In this document: positions 50,128 to 59,411 of the stretch, piece by piece
Layout: every line of letters starts with the position of its first letter
How positions within the stretch are numbered: the first letter of the stretch is position 1
Source of the DNA: Spirochaetales bacterium
GTDB lineage: Bacteria; Spirochaetota; Spirochaetia; JAFGXN01
Assembly: GCA_016936615.1 (NCBI GenBank)
Contig: JAFGXN010000141.1
Location: 6,053 to 70,052, forward strand
Length of the DNA stretch: 64,000 nucleotides
Direction: 5' to 3'
Translations under genes and position numbers: made by a program
The notes under the pieces: generated by a model
The model's database searches: none
Told to the model about the DNA's origin: nothing
Seen by the model: the letters and a program-made list of their open reading frames with translations, nothing else

Positions 50128-50982
50128 TTAGGAAAAAGTTCGCTGTTCAATCTTTGAACTCGCCCTAGTAATATTTAACTTAGCAGTTGTCAGAACTGCA
50201 CCAACAAAGCATGCAACATGAATAGCAGGAATGATTACATATCGCCAACGATTGTCTCGTAATCGAGAAGAAAGGTGTGGCAACCTATTTGTCTCAAAAA
50301 AATAGAACTGCTTTAAATAATTCTTAGCCCCAGCAGCCTTTATAATCGCAACAGAGACCTTATAATAGTTCTTCAAGCCTTGCCAATAACCATCTTTGTC
50401 TCCCTTCGTTGCACAAAAGAGATCATCAAAATAGTAATTGTAACACCTCTTTTCATTATCCATGAAATACATATTAAGCTTAATATCAAAAAGATATCCA
50501 TCAAACCCAGTAAAATCAATGCTTAGAAAATCCTTTTTATAAAAAACCTTCTCGCCACTCATGAATCTAGTACAATCTGTCCAACCATAAATTCGAGACA
50601 TCCTATCTCCAGCCCTATCAGAGAGGACAAGGTCATACCCCTCATCTACAACCTTAACAACCATCTTATCAATATGTCTATGCTGCAAGTTTCTCAAGTC
50701 TGCATCCAAGAGAACAACAACATCACCTTTTGCTAGATTAATTCCTTTTCGAACTGAACCAGATTTTCCAAGATTAACCTCATTTGTAACAACAGTTACA
50801 TTCGAGTATCTAGAAGCAACCTCCGCAGTCCTATCAGTCGAACAATTATCCATGACAATTATCTCACAAAATCCAGGATAATCATTTATTGCCTCTAAAA
50901 CATAAGGCAAAAATCTTTCTTCATTGTAAGCTGGTATAACGCAAGATACCGAATGCTTCCCCATTAATTCCTTCTTGATCAT
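50128..50982 (-). CDS. Family 2 glycosyltransferase with C-terminal TM segment
   Basis: VSCVIPAYNEE, DNCSTD and DAD motifs of GT2. First gene of the operon, with a 350-nt AT-rich upstream region. Confidence 0.8.
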   Translation of the reverse strand: MIKKELMGKHSVSCVIPAYNEERFLPYVLEAINDYPGFCEIIVMDNCSTDRTAEVASRYSNVTVVTNEVNLGKSGSVRKGINLAKGDVVVLLDADLRNLQHRHIDKMVVKVVDEGYDLVLSDRAGDRMSRIYGWTDCTRFMSGEKVFYKKDFLSIDFTGFDGYLFDIKLNMYFMDNEKRCYNYYFDDLFCATKGDKDGYWQGLKNYYKVSVAIIKAAGAKNYLKQFYFFETNRLPHLSSRLRDNRWRYVIIPAIHVACFVGAVLTTAKLNITRASSKIEQRTFS

Positions 50983-51296
50983 TGTAAATCTCCTATAAGT
51001 AAAATATAAATCAAGTTACTAATATTAAGTATCACAGAAAGAAAAAGCTTCCTCAAATTTTTGGATTATAATTTCTTCAAATAATAATTAATATTAGCCT
51101 AAAAATTACACAAATAATTTTATTTGTCCGTATATTTTTTAGTAAATATAATATCTATCATAAGAAAAGTCAAATGTCAAGAAAAATTTTCGGTTTTTAT
51201 AAATATTTATTTCGCAAATCGTTATACTATGAGAATTTTTAATCTAAGAGACCGGATAATTTAATGATTACAATAGAGGATAGAAAATGTGTAAAA

Positions 51297-51330
51297 AAAA
51301 GCTACCCACCAACAATGATGAATAGCTTTC
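51297..51330 (-). terminator. Weak candidate terminator after nfnB
   Basis: 7-bp AT-rich stem AAAGCTA/TAGCTTT with an 18-nt loop, followed by T8 on the minus strand. Confidence 0.3.
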
Positions 51331-51333
51331 GAA

Positions 51334-52764
51334 TTATTTAGCTAGTCGCTTATTTATAGCAGCAGCAGCCTCTCTGCCCTGCCCCATCGCAAGGATGACA
51401 GTAGCTGCACCTGAGACAATGTCTCCACCAGCATAGATATTCTTAATAGAGGTTTCAAAGCTCTCATCAACCTCGATATTCCCCCACTTATTTGTTACAA
51501 GCTCCGAGGTTGTCTGCTTGATCAAAGGATTAGAGACATTACCAACTGCGATGATAACAGTATCCATCGGCATCGTAGAGTTCTCGCCAGGAATAAGCTC
51601 TGGACGTCTTCGCCCCTGCTCATCTGGCTCTCCCTCTTTGTAATGCGAGAGTACAACCTCACAAACTCGAGAATCAGCATCACCCTTAATCTCTTTTATA
51701 TTTCTAAGGAAATGAAAAACTATCTGCTCTTGCTTCGCATGATGAACCTCTTCGATTCGAGCAGGCATATCACTCTCATTTCTTCGATAAATTACATGAA
51801 CCTCTTGCGCACCTAGACGCTTAGCCATTCTCGCAGCATCCATAGCAACATTTCCACCACCAACAACCGCAACTCGCTTAGACTGGTAGATCGGAGTTTC
51901 AGCTTCACCTCGAGCATAGGCCTTCATCAGATTAGATCTTGTCAAATACTCATTCGCAGAGAATACCCCGACGAGATTTTCTCCTGGAATATTCAAGAAA
52001 TTAGGAAGCCCAGCACCAGTTCCAACAAAGACAGCATCAAAACCATCTTGATCGATCAAATCCTTTAACTTTCGTGTTCTACCAACAAGAAAATTCAATC
52101 GAATCTCAACCCCCATCTTTCTGAGAGTATTAATCTCCTCTTCTACAATTGCCTTCGGCAGTCTAAACTCGGGAATACCATAGACAAGAACCCCGCCTGG
52201 CTTGTGAAATGCCTCAAACATCACCACCTCGTGTCCTGCCTTTCGGCAATCCGCAGCAGCAGAGATACTTGCAGGACCTGTCCCAACGATTGCGACCTTT
52301 TTCCCTGTTGCCTTAGCTATATTTGGGATAGAAGAATTTCCTTGAGCCCTATCATAATCAGCAACAAAACGCTCAATCCTTCCGATACCAACAGATTTCT
52401 CAACATCTTTAAGCGATTTCCCAACAGTACAATACATCTGACACTGCTTCTCTTGCGGACAAACCCTACCACAAATTGCAGGAAGAAGACTTGACTCTCT
52501 TATAATCTCAATAGATTTTGCAAAGTCACCTACTTCGGCAGCCTTAACAAAACCAGGAATATCAATGCTCACAGGACAACCCTTCACACAAGGGGCATTT
52601 TTACAATCTAAACACCTGCTCGCTTCGGCCATAACCTGCTCTGCAGTGAAACCGCACGCAACCTCTTCCATATTTGTAATCCTAACAAGAGGATCCTGCT
52701 CCGGCATCATCTGTGGCGCAATCGCCAACCTTTCCTTCGTTGTCAAAGTTTTTACATCACTCAT
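51334..52764 (-). CDS. nfnB: NfnB / GltD-like NADPH-dependent flavoprotein (glutamate synthase small-chain family; ferredoxin:NADP oxidoreductase large subunit)
   Basis: 476 aa with N-terminal 2x[4Fe-4S] Cys clusters, then FAD and NADPH Rossmann folds (GTGPAS, VVGGGNVAMD). Confidence 0.75.
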   Translation of the reverse strand: MSDVKTLTTKERLAIAPQMMPEQDPLVRITNMEEVACGFTAEQVMAEASRCLDCKNAPCVKGCPVSIDIPGFVKAAEVGDFAKSIEIIRESSLLPAICGRVCPQEKQCQMYCTVGKSLKDVEKSVGIGRIERFVADYDRAQGNSSIPNIAKATGKKVAIVGTGPASISAAADCRKAGHEVVMFEAFHKPGGVLVYGIPEFRLPKAIVEEEINTLRKMGVEIRLNFLVGRTRKLKDLIDQDGFDAVFVGTGAGLPNFLNIPGENLVGVFSANEYLTRSNLMKAYARGEAETPIYQSKRVAVVGGGNVAMDAARMAKRLGAQEVHVIYRRNESDMPARIEEVHHAKQEQIVFHFLRNIKEIKGDADSRVCEVVLSHYKEGEPDEQGRRRPELIPGENSTMPMDTVIIAVGNVSNPLIKQTTSELVTNKWGNIEVDESFETSIKNIYAGGDIVSGAATVILAMGQGREAAAAINKRLAK

Positions 52765-52766
52765 AA

Positions 52767-53603
52767 TTAACCCCTTGTCAAACCTATTCTACACTTGTGA
52801 GTAGATTCCTGCTCATGCGAAGTATAAGCCCTATTTCGTGCCATTAAATTATCAAAATCAACCTTGTGTCCATCAAACTCTGGTCCATCGACGCATACAA
52901 ACTTAGTCTCACCACCAACACTAACTCGACAACCACCACACATCCCAGTTCCATCAACCATAATAGAGTTCAAAGAGACAACAGTATGAACACCAAAAGG
53001 TCTAGTAGTCTCAGCACAGAACTTCATCATAATCGGCGGTCCAATAACAACCACCATATCTGGTTTATCATTCTCACAAGCCTCTTTTAGTGGCTGAGTA
53101 ACAAGAGCTTTAATACCATATGAACCATCATCAGTGCAGACAATCACCTTATCAGAGTGGTTGGCAACCTTCTCTTCCATGATTAACAACTCTTTATTTC
53201 TAGCACCAATAATACTAGTAACCTCATTCCCAGCCGCCTTTAAAGCCTTAATAATTGGAAAAAGAGGCGCAACACCAATACCACCGCCAACACAGACAAC
53301 CTTACCAAATTTCTCAATATGTGTCGGAGTCCCTAATGGGCCAAGAACATTCTCAAGCTTATCTCCAACCTTTTTCTGTGCCAACTTCATCGTAGTAGTG
53401 CCCACAGCCTGGAACACAATAGTAATTGTCCCGTTTTCCTCATCAGAATCCGCAATAGTCAGAGGAATCCTCTCGCCAAAATCAGAATCAATCTGGATGA
53501 TCAAGAACTGCCCAGCCTTCCGTTCACGGCAAATATCCTTTGCCTCAAATGTCATCTCAAAGACATTTTCTGACAGCTGCTTTACATCAGTTATTTTATT
53601 CAT
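52767..53603 (-). CDS. nfnA: NfnA / PyrK-like FAD and 2Fe-2S electron-transfer subunit
   Basis: 278 aa FNR-like module with a C-terminal Cys cluster CGGCRV...C. Directly upstream of nfnB (2-nt gap). AGGAG SD. Confidence 0.7.
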   Translation of the reverse strand: MNKITDVKQLSENVFEMTFEAKDICRERKAGQFLIIQIDSDFGERIPLTIADSDEENGTITIVFQAVGTTTMKLAQKKVGDKLENVLGPLGTPTHIEKFGKVVCVGGGIGVAPLFPIIKALKAAGNEVTSIIGARNKELLIMEEKVANHSDKVIVCTDDGSYGIKALVTQPLKEACENDKPDMVVVIGPPIMMKFCAETTRPFGVHTVVSLNSIMVDGTGMCGGCRVSVGGETKFVCVDGPEFDGHKVDFDNLMARNRAYTSHEQESTHKCRIGLTRG

Positions 53604-53620
53604 TTTTATATTCTCCTAAA

Positions 53621-55471
53621 TTATTTGTAAAAAATTATAAACTCATCATTTCCACTTTGCTGTGCATTCTTAAAGAAAAAAGTGGTTAGATTCTGATCAA
53701 AAAAGAACCCACTCGAATATTTTTCAAAAGACCTATCATTACTCCACACCGGATACCCTCTCATGCTTGTATGGCTATAACTACTTAGCCCTGAAACTGC
53801 AAAAAGATAAGTACTGCCAACATTTTTAGTAAACTTAGACTTAATAATAAGCCGATTTAAATTCTCTTCACGCCCATCTGCATGAGTATGAGCAACCTTA
53901 TCCGAGGATACCTCAAAGACTTTAGCTGCATGGAAAAACTTAATAACCTTCCCATCATGAGTAGTAAAACTCTGATAGTGAGGATAATTTTCTCCATTCT
54001 TAAAATAAAAGAAAAAATCCTCTGGCCCGATATACCTACTATTAGAATCAGCAAGACTAATTCTAAGAGCACCATCATTTCTAGCATACTTTGCAGCAGA
54101 AATAAATAAATTCTGCCCAATCTTAACCAGATTAGAAGTCCCCAACTCCTTACCGACAAGAATTAACGCCTTTGAAGCCTTAATACCAAGAACAGGACTA
54201 TAAACATCGTTGTAAGAGATTAAAAAACTATCATCGTACTGATAGATATTTGAAAGAACAGTATTAGAAAGAATTCTAAGTGTTTCAGAATACTGGTCAC
54301 ATTTAACTTCCTGATATTCACAATAATTTACAATATTTAAAATAATACCAACAGCAATCTCTGGATTAACAACAGAAGAGGATAAAATCTTTTTTACACC
54401 CATAGTGATCGAATTCAAAAATTTTACCTGTCCAAAGTAATCTAATTTTACTAAGAAATAAGGATCTTCAGCAAGAAAAGAGAAATCCTGAGAGTTTAAT
54501 AGAGCCTCTGACTTTGAAACCTTCTGAGAGATCTCATCTTTTTCATTTATAAAGCTATCACGAATATTCCCAAAAAACACAGAAGCTGGGAAATTCACAA
54601 AATTCTCTTTTATAGCAGCAGTCTTAACCTGAGGCAATGGATAAGAGAGGCTCTCATCTGCAAACTTCATGCTTGAGAACATTGTCGCAAGCTCTGCAGT
54701 GAAATCATAGCTTCCAGAATTTACATTTTTCCAACCACGACTCTCAGAATACCGACCCCGAGACAAAGAACTATAGACAAGACTCTCATATTTTTCATAT
54801 GCCTTCTTGTAATCCTCATCTGAAACAACACCATTAGTAATTAGAGTCAAGAAAAATTCCGAGTCAGCAGAAAAAACCTTCTGTTTTTTTATCGAAAACT
54901 TAGCCTTTCCATTACGCAAACTAACCCTCAACTTATCCTCATCAGAAAGAAAGACATCTCCAGGTTGCAAAAAGATAGTATAAGCCTCATTTTTTTGTGG
55001 AGAAAGAAGAACCTTAAGCCCCTTCTGACTCTTAAGCTTTGATCCATCCTGAGCAAAAAAAGGAAAAACAACAGCAGAAACATCAGAACTAGCCTCTATA
55101 TAGACATCTGTAACCTCGTTCGAGACTGATTTGAAGACAAACTTAGTATTATCATCAAACAAAACTGAAACCTGCCCCTTTGCCTCTTCAGAATCTGAAA
55201 GACCTTGAATCTCAGCCTTGACAGGGGAAGCAGACTCTATCACAAGAGGATTATCATTATTAAAAGCAAAAGAAAAGCCCTTGTTAGTCAACGATAGTGT
55301 TTTTAGCTTTTTACCACTACCGTAATATGTCCCGCTTACTGAAATATCTTTTATCTCTTTTGAGTAGACCTCATAGTCCTGTCCTGAAAAATATAAAGAC
55401 ACGAACAAAGAGATAAAACCGATATGAATTAAAGGAATAAAGTAAAACCAAATTTTAATCTTAGTTTTCAT
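53621..55471 (-). CDS. Membrane-anchored hypothetical protein (616 aa)
   Basis: Single N-terminal TM helix. The large extracytoplasmic domain has no recognisable motifs. Confidence 0.5.
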   Translation of the reverse strand: MKTKIKIWFYFIPLIHIGFISLFVSLYFSGQDYEVYSKEIKDISVSGTYYGSGKKLKTLSLTNKGFSFAFNNDNPLVIESASPVKAEIQGLSDSEEAKGQVSVLFDDNTKFVFKSVSNEVTDVYIEASSDVSAVVFPFFAQDGSKLKSQKGLKVLLSPQKNEAYTIFLQPGDVFLSDEDKLRVSLRNGKAKFSIKKQKVFSADSEFFLTLITNGVVSDEDYKKAYEKYESLVYSSLSRGRYSESRGWKNVNSGSYDFTAELATMFSSMKFADESLSYPLPQVKTAAIKENFVNFPASVFFGNIRDSFINEKDEISQKVSKSEALLNSQDFSFLAEDPYFLVKLDYFGQVKFLNSITMGVKKILSSSVVNPEIAVGIILNIVNYCEYQEVKCDQYSETLRILSNTVLSNIYQYDDSFLISYNDVYSPVLGIKASKALILVGKELGTSNLVKIGQNLFISAAKYARNDGALRISLADSNSRYIGPEDFFFYFKNGENYPHYQSFTTHDGKVIKFFHAAKVFEVSSDKVAHTHADGREENLNRLIIKSKFTKNVGSTYLFAVSGLSSYSHTSMRGYPVWSNDRSFEKYSSGFFFDQNLTTFFFKNAQQSGNDEFIIFYK

Positions 55472-55583
55472 TAATATGCTCCAAGTTTTTTATCTATTTT
55501 ATCAAGCGATATGCAAATATGCAACCTTGCTTAAATTTAAATCTAAAGATATATTATAAAAATAAAGTTTTTTGGAGAAATAA

Positions 55584-56783
55584 ATGACAATAACTCACGA
55601 ATCAGATACCGAGACAAGAATAGAGCTTAAAGATGGAAGAAAAATCATCCTTATTGGAACAGCGCATATCTCAGAAGAGAGTGTTACAGAAGTAAGAGAA
55701 AAGATTGCTAGCGAAAAACCAGACCGAGTTTGCATCGAATTAGATGAGGCTAGATATAAATCAATAACCGAGGGAAAGAAGTGGAGCGACATGAATATAG
55801 CAAAGGTGCTAAAGGAGAGAAAGGGGTTCCTCCTTCTCACCAACCTTGTTCTAAGTTCATTCCAAAAAAAGCTAGGCCTTGACCTTGGAACAAAACCTGG
55901 CGATGAGATGCTTGCTGCGATAACAACCTGCAAAGAGCTAGAAATCCCCTTCGATCTTGCCGACCGTGATATAACAATCACACTAAAGAGAGCTTGGGCA
56001 AAATCCAATTTCTGGAATAAAAACAAACTGCTTTCAGCACTTTTTGCCTCAGCATTTACTAAAGAGAAACTTTCCGAAGAAGATATCGAAGAATTAAAGA
56101 AGAAAAACGCACTCTCAAACATGATGGAAGAACTTGCTAAAGAGCTACCATCTGTGAAAGAGGTTCTAATCGATGAAAGAGATAGATTCCTTGCGTCAAA
56201 GATTTATGATGCACAAGGCAAGACAATCATGGCAGTAATCGGCGCAGGACATGCCCCTGGAATATGTGAACATCTTGAAAAACTTTCAGAAGAAGATTCA
56301 AGCTCAGATATCTCTGATATAAATTTTATACCTAAGACAGGCTTTGTAAGAAAAGCAATGCCATGGCTAGTCTCGACACTTGTTGTAGGGCTCTTCGCGT
56401 ACATGGGAATTGCTCGAGGTGTAGATCAGATGCTAGAGAACATGGCTTGGTGGGCAATCTTCCAAGCAGGATTCAGCTTTATCGGAGCAAGCCTAGCACT
56501 AGCACATCCGCTCTCAATCCTAGCTGGAACCCTCTCCGCTCCGTTTGTCTCCCTCGTACCAATAATAGGCGCAGGCCTTGTTGCCGGACTTGTCGAATCC
56601 GCAGTGCGCAAGCCAAATGTCGGAGATTTCGAAAGATTACCAAACGACGCTCTTACATTCAGAGGGTTTTATAAGAATAAAGTAACAAGAATACTCTTGG
56701 TATTTTTCTACACAAATTTCGCAAGCATCATTGCGAAGTTTATACTCTTTAAATTCCTGATCGATTTACTACCTAAGATTTAG
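55584..56783 (+). CDS. TraB/GumN (PrgY) family protein
   Basis: N-terminal TraB signature ILIGTAHISEESV...RVCIELDE...GDEM. C-terminal four-TM region. GGAG SD. Confidence 0.7.
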   Translation: MTITHESDTETRIELKDGRKIILIGTAHISEESVTEVREKIASEKPDRVCIELDEARYKSITEGKKWSDMNIAKVLKERKGFLLLTNLVLSSFQKKLGLDLGTKPGDEMLAAITTCKELEIPFDLADRDITITLKRAWAKSNFWNKNKLLSALFASAFTKEKLSEEDIEELKKKNALSNMMEELAKELPSVKEVLIDERDRFLASKIYDAQGKTIMAVIGAGHAPGICEHLEKLSEEDSSSDISDINFIPKTGFVRKAMPWLVSTLVVGLFAYMGIARGVDQMLENMAWWAIFQAGFSFIGASLALAHPLSILAGTLSAPFVSLVPIIGAGLVAGLVESAVRKPNVGDFERLPNDALTFRGFYKNKVTRILLVFFYTNFASIIAKFILFKFLIDLLPKI

Positions 56784-58137
56784 TATTAAAGATCTTCGCA
56801 ATAGATTCTTTTATATTTTTTAAGGGAAAAATCTTAATCTTATCAGAGGCTGCTAATTTCTGGTTATCCTGCTGAGCTGCAAAGACAGTTTGGAATCCAG
56901 ACTCACTAGCAGCCTTTAATCTTTTCTGCAGAAAAGGAATAGGCATAATCTCTCCAGCAAGAGAGACCTCACCGAGGAACGCAGTAAAAGAGGGCAAAGG
57001 CACCCCAGTACGAGCAGAATACAAGGCAACCGCGATAGCCAAATCCGACGCAAACTCATTCACCCGCAATCCACCTGCAACCTTAACATAGATATCTTGC
57101 GATGAAAAACAGACCCCAAGCTGCTTCTCCAACACCGCAGCAATACGTGAAATCCGCTTCGAATCGATCTTATCAGAGAAAGTCCGCGACAACGAACTTT
57201 GCGCCGAGACCGTGAGAGCCTGAATCTCGATAGCAAATGCCCGAGACCCCTCCACCACCAAAGTCTGCGCGCACCCGGCTGGCAACTCTCCCTCGCGGCG
57301 ATGAAGAAACAGCGCCGATGGGTTCTCAATCGGCAAGAGCCCTTTCTCACTCATGCGAAACAACCCAATCTCATCAATCGAACCAAACCGATTCTTGACA
57401 GCGCGCAATACCCGGATATCGTTATCAGCCTGCTCAAAATATATTACCGTATCCACCATATGCTCAGCTGTCTTTGGCCCAGCAATCACACCCTCTTTTG
57501 TTACATGTGCAGTAAAGAAAACCGAAGCCTTCACAGAAGATGCAACATTAAGCACCTCGTACGTGGCAAACTTAATCTGATTAGGCGAGCCAGGAATTAC
57601 CCCAGCATCACGAGTGAGAACAGTCTGAACAGAATCCACAATAACAATCCTCGGCCTTAATCTCGAAATCTCTGCTGAAATCAAATCCATACTAGAAGTA
57701 GCGAGAATTGAAAGATTTTTGCCACTAATACCCAGCCGATTAGCCCTAGCCTTAATCTGATTTGCAGACTCCTCACCAGAAACATAGAGAACAGAATGAT
57801 TTAACCCATACAGAGAAGCAACCTGCAACATCAACGTAGACTTACCTATACCAGGTTCGCCCCCAATAAGAATCCCAGACTCCTCAACAAGACCACCTCC
57901 GAGAACCCGGTCAAACTCCGACAGCGAAGTCTCAAGCCTCGCCCCCTCGCCGACCGAAATATCATCAAGAAGCCTTGACTTCTCCTCATCTCCAAGACCA
58001 GAGAGAACAAGCTTTTTCTGCTCTGGAAGAACCTCAACAAAACTATTCCACGAAGAACAATTTGGACATCGACCAATCCATTTTGGCTCTGTATGAGAAC
58101 ACTCAGAACACTGAAAAACACTCTTATTCTTTGCCAT
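56773..58137 (-). CDS. radA: DNA repair protein RadA/Sms
   Basis: N-terminal zinc ribbon CSECSH..CPNC, Walker A GGEPGIGKSTLMLQ, KNRFG motif and a Lon-like C-domain. The track start is GTG; the ATG 6 nt downstream matches the RadA N-terminus MAKNK. Confidence 0.9.
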   Translation of the reverse strand: MAKNKSVFQCSECSHTEPKWIGRCPNCSSWNSFVEVLPEQKKLVLSGLGDEEKSRLLDDISVGEGARLETSLSEFDRVLGGGLVEESGILIGGEPGIGKSTLMLQVASLYGLNHSVLYVSGEESANQIKARANRLGISGKNLSILATSSMDLISAEISRLRPRIVIVDSVQTVLTRDAGVIPGSPNQIKFATYEVLNVASSVKASVFFTAHVTKEGVIAGPKTAEHMVDTVIYFEQADNDIRVLRAVKNRFGSIDEIGLFRMSEKGLLPIENPSALFLHRREGELPAGCAQTLVVEGSRAFAIEIQALTVSAQSSLSRTFSDKIDSKRISRIAAVLEKQLGVCFSSQDIYVKVAGGLRVNEFASDLAIAVALYSARTGVPLPSFTAFLGEVSLAGEIMPIPFLQKRLKAASESGFQTVFAAQQDNQKLAASDKIKIFPLKNIKESIAKIFNTKS

Positions 58138-58187
58138 AATCACCTCAAATTTGCAAATTTTATAAATAGATATTATATTCTTTATAT

Positions 58188-59411
58188 ATGAAAAAAAAGT
58201 TATTGATTACATTTATTATTGTTATAAATATTATTTCATTCAGCTGTGTGACAATTCTAAATTTCCACAAACATTCCTTAATTCTATATGCAGTATACAC
58301 AATAATAGTGATAATCACACTCATTCTATCATCCATTTTTATAAAAAAATTCCAAAATATAGAAGCAGTACTAAAACGCTGCCCCGGAGCCCTCTACATC
58401 CTCGATGCAAACAATATTGAGAAAGTCGAATTCATCAGCAACTCCGTGATGGAATTATCTGGTCATGACTCAACTTTTTTTCATAAAAAAAACTCAAACT
58501 TCACCAATCTATTCTCTCAACCTGAGAGAGATGACATCGATAGAAAAATCCTCTCCTCAATCGCCAACCACGATGAATTCTTCTGCATTTCGGCACAAGG
58601 GTTAAAAAAAGATGGCTCAACCTTCGCGCTCGAGAATGTAGGACATATTGTAAAACTCAAAAATGGAAAGACCAAGATAATCGGAATCCTCGAAGATGCA
58701 AGCGAAAAGATAAACTACACCGAAGAGATAGAACGACAGATCAAAGAGAAGGACATCCTGCTCAAAGAGATCCACCACAGGGTCAAGAACAACCTCGCAA
58801 TGATATCAAGCCTGATAAATCTTCAAATTGAGACAGTAAAGACTAAGTCGGCAAAAGAGGCTCTCGATACATTTCGTAGTAGGGTAACATCGATACTGCT
58901 TGTTCATCAAAAACTCTACAAAGAGAGAGGAGCAACAGCTGTCAACACCGAGGAGTACTTCACAGACCTCGCAGACAACCTAATCTATTCGCTAAGCCCA
59001 GACAGAAAGATTAAGTTTTTTTCTGAGATAGAAAAAAAAATCAAGCTAGACATAGACAGGGCTATCCCTCTCGGAATGATAGCATCTGAAATTCTGACAA
59101 ACTCACTAAAACACGCCTTTGACGAGGACAAAAAAGGGATAATCAAGCTTAACTTTTGCAAAAGTTCTGAGAACTTCACATTAAAGATCTCCGACAATGG
59201 CAAAGGGTTCCCAGAAGACCTTCACACAAGCAAGAACGACTCATTAGGTCTTCAGTTAATAGAGATCCTCTCTAACCAGCTCAACGGCTCCGTCTCTTTT
59301 TCCCACTCCGATGGATGGAATCTTGTCGAACTCTGCTTCCCTGTCTTTGTTGAGGATGCGAATTTTCACCTAGAAGAGTCCCAGCCAAGTCCATACGGCC
59401 AGCATGTTTGA
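58188..59411 (+). CDS. Sensor histidine kinase (two TM, PAS-like, HisKA_2 / HATPase)
   Basis: Two N-terminal TM helices and the H-box EIHHRVKNNLAMISSLINLQ typical of HisKA_2 kinases. C-terminal ATPase with GKGFP and SLGLQLI. Confidence 0.8.
   Translation: MKKKLLITFIIVINIISFSCVTILNFHKHSLILYAVYTIIVIITLILSSIFIKKFQNIEAVLKRCPGALYILDANNIEKVEFISNSVMELSGHDSTFFHKKNSNFTNLFSQPERDDIDRKILSSIANHDEFFCISAQGLKKDGSTFALENVGHIVKLKNGKTKIIGILEDASEKINYTEEIERQIKEKDILLKEIHHRVKNNLAMISSLINLQIETVKTKSAKEALDTFRSRVTSILLVHQKLYKERGATAVNTEEYFTDLADNLIYSLSPDRKIKFFSEIEKKIKLDIDRAIPLGMIASEILTNSLKHAFDEDKKGIIKLNFCKSSENFTLKISDNGKGFPEDLHTSKNDSLGLQLIEILSNQLNGSVSFSHSDGWNLVELCFPVFVEDANFHLEESQPSPYGQHV

Noticed and set aside
50983-51333. 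The 350-nt ORF-free AT-rich region as an sRNA or mobile-element remnant.
   Set aside because: There are no convincing conserved structures, repeats or coding potential. Position and composition fit a promoter or UP-element region for the CDP-sugar operon plus the weak nfnB terminator.
55584-56783. TraB-family gene as a marker of a conjugative or mobile element.
   Set aside because: No relaxase, T4SS, integrase, transposase or repeats are nearby. The flanks are core genes (nfnAB, radA). It is treated as a chromosomal TraB/GumN homolog.
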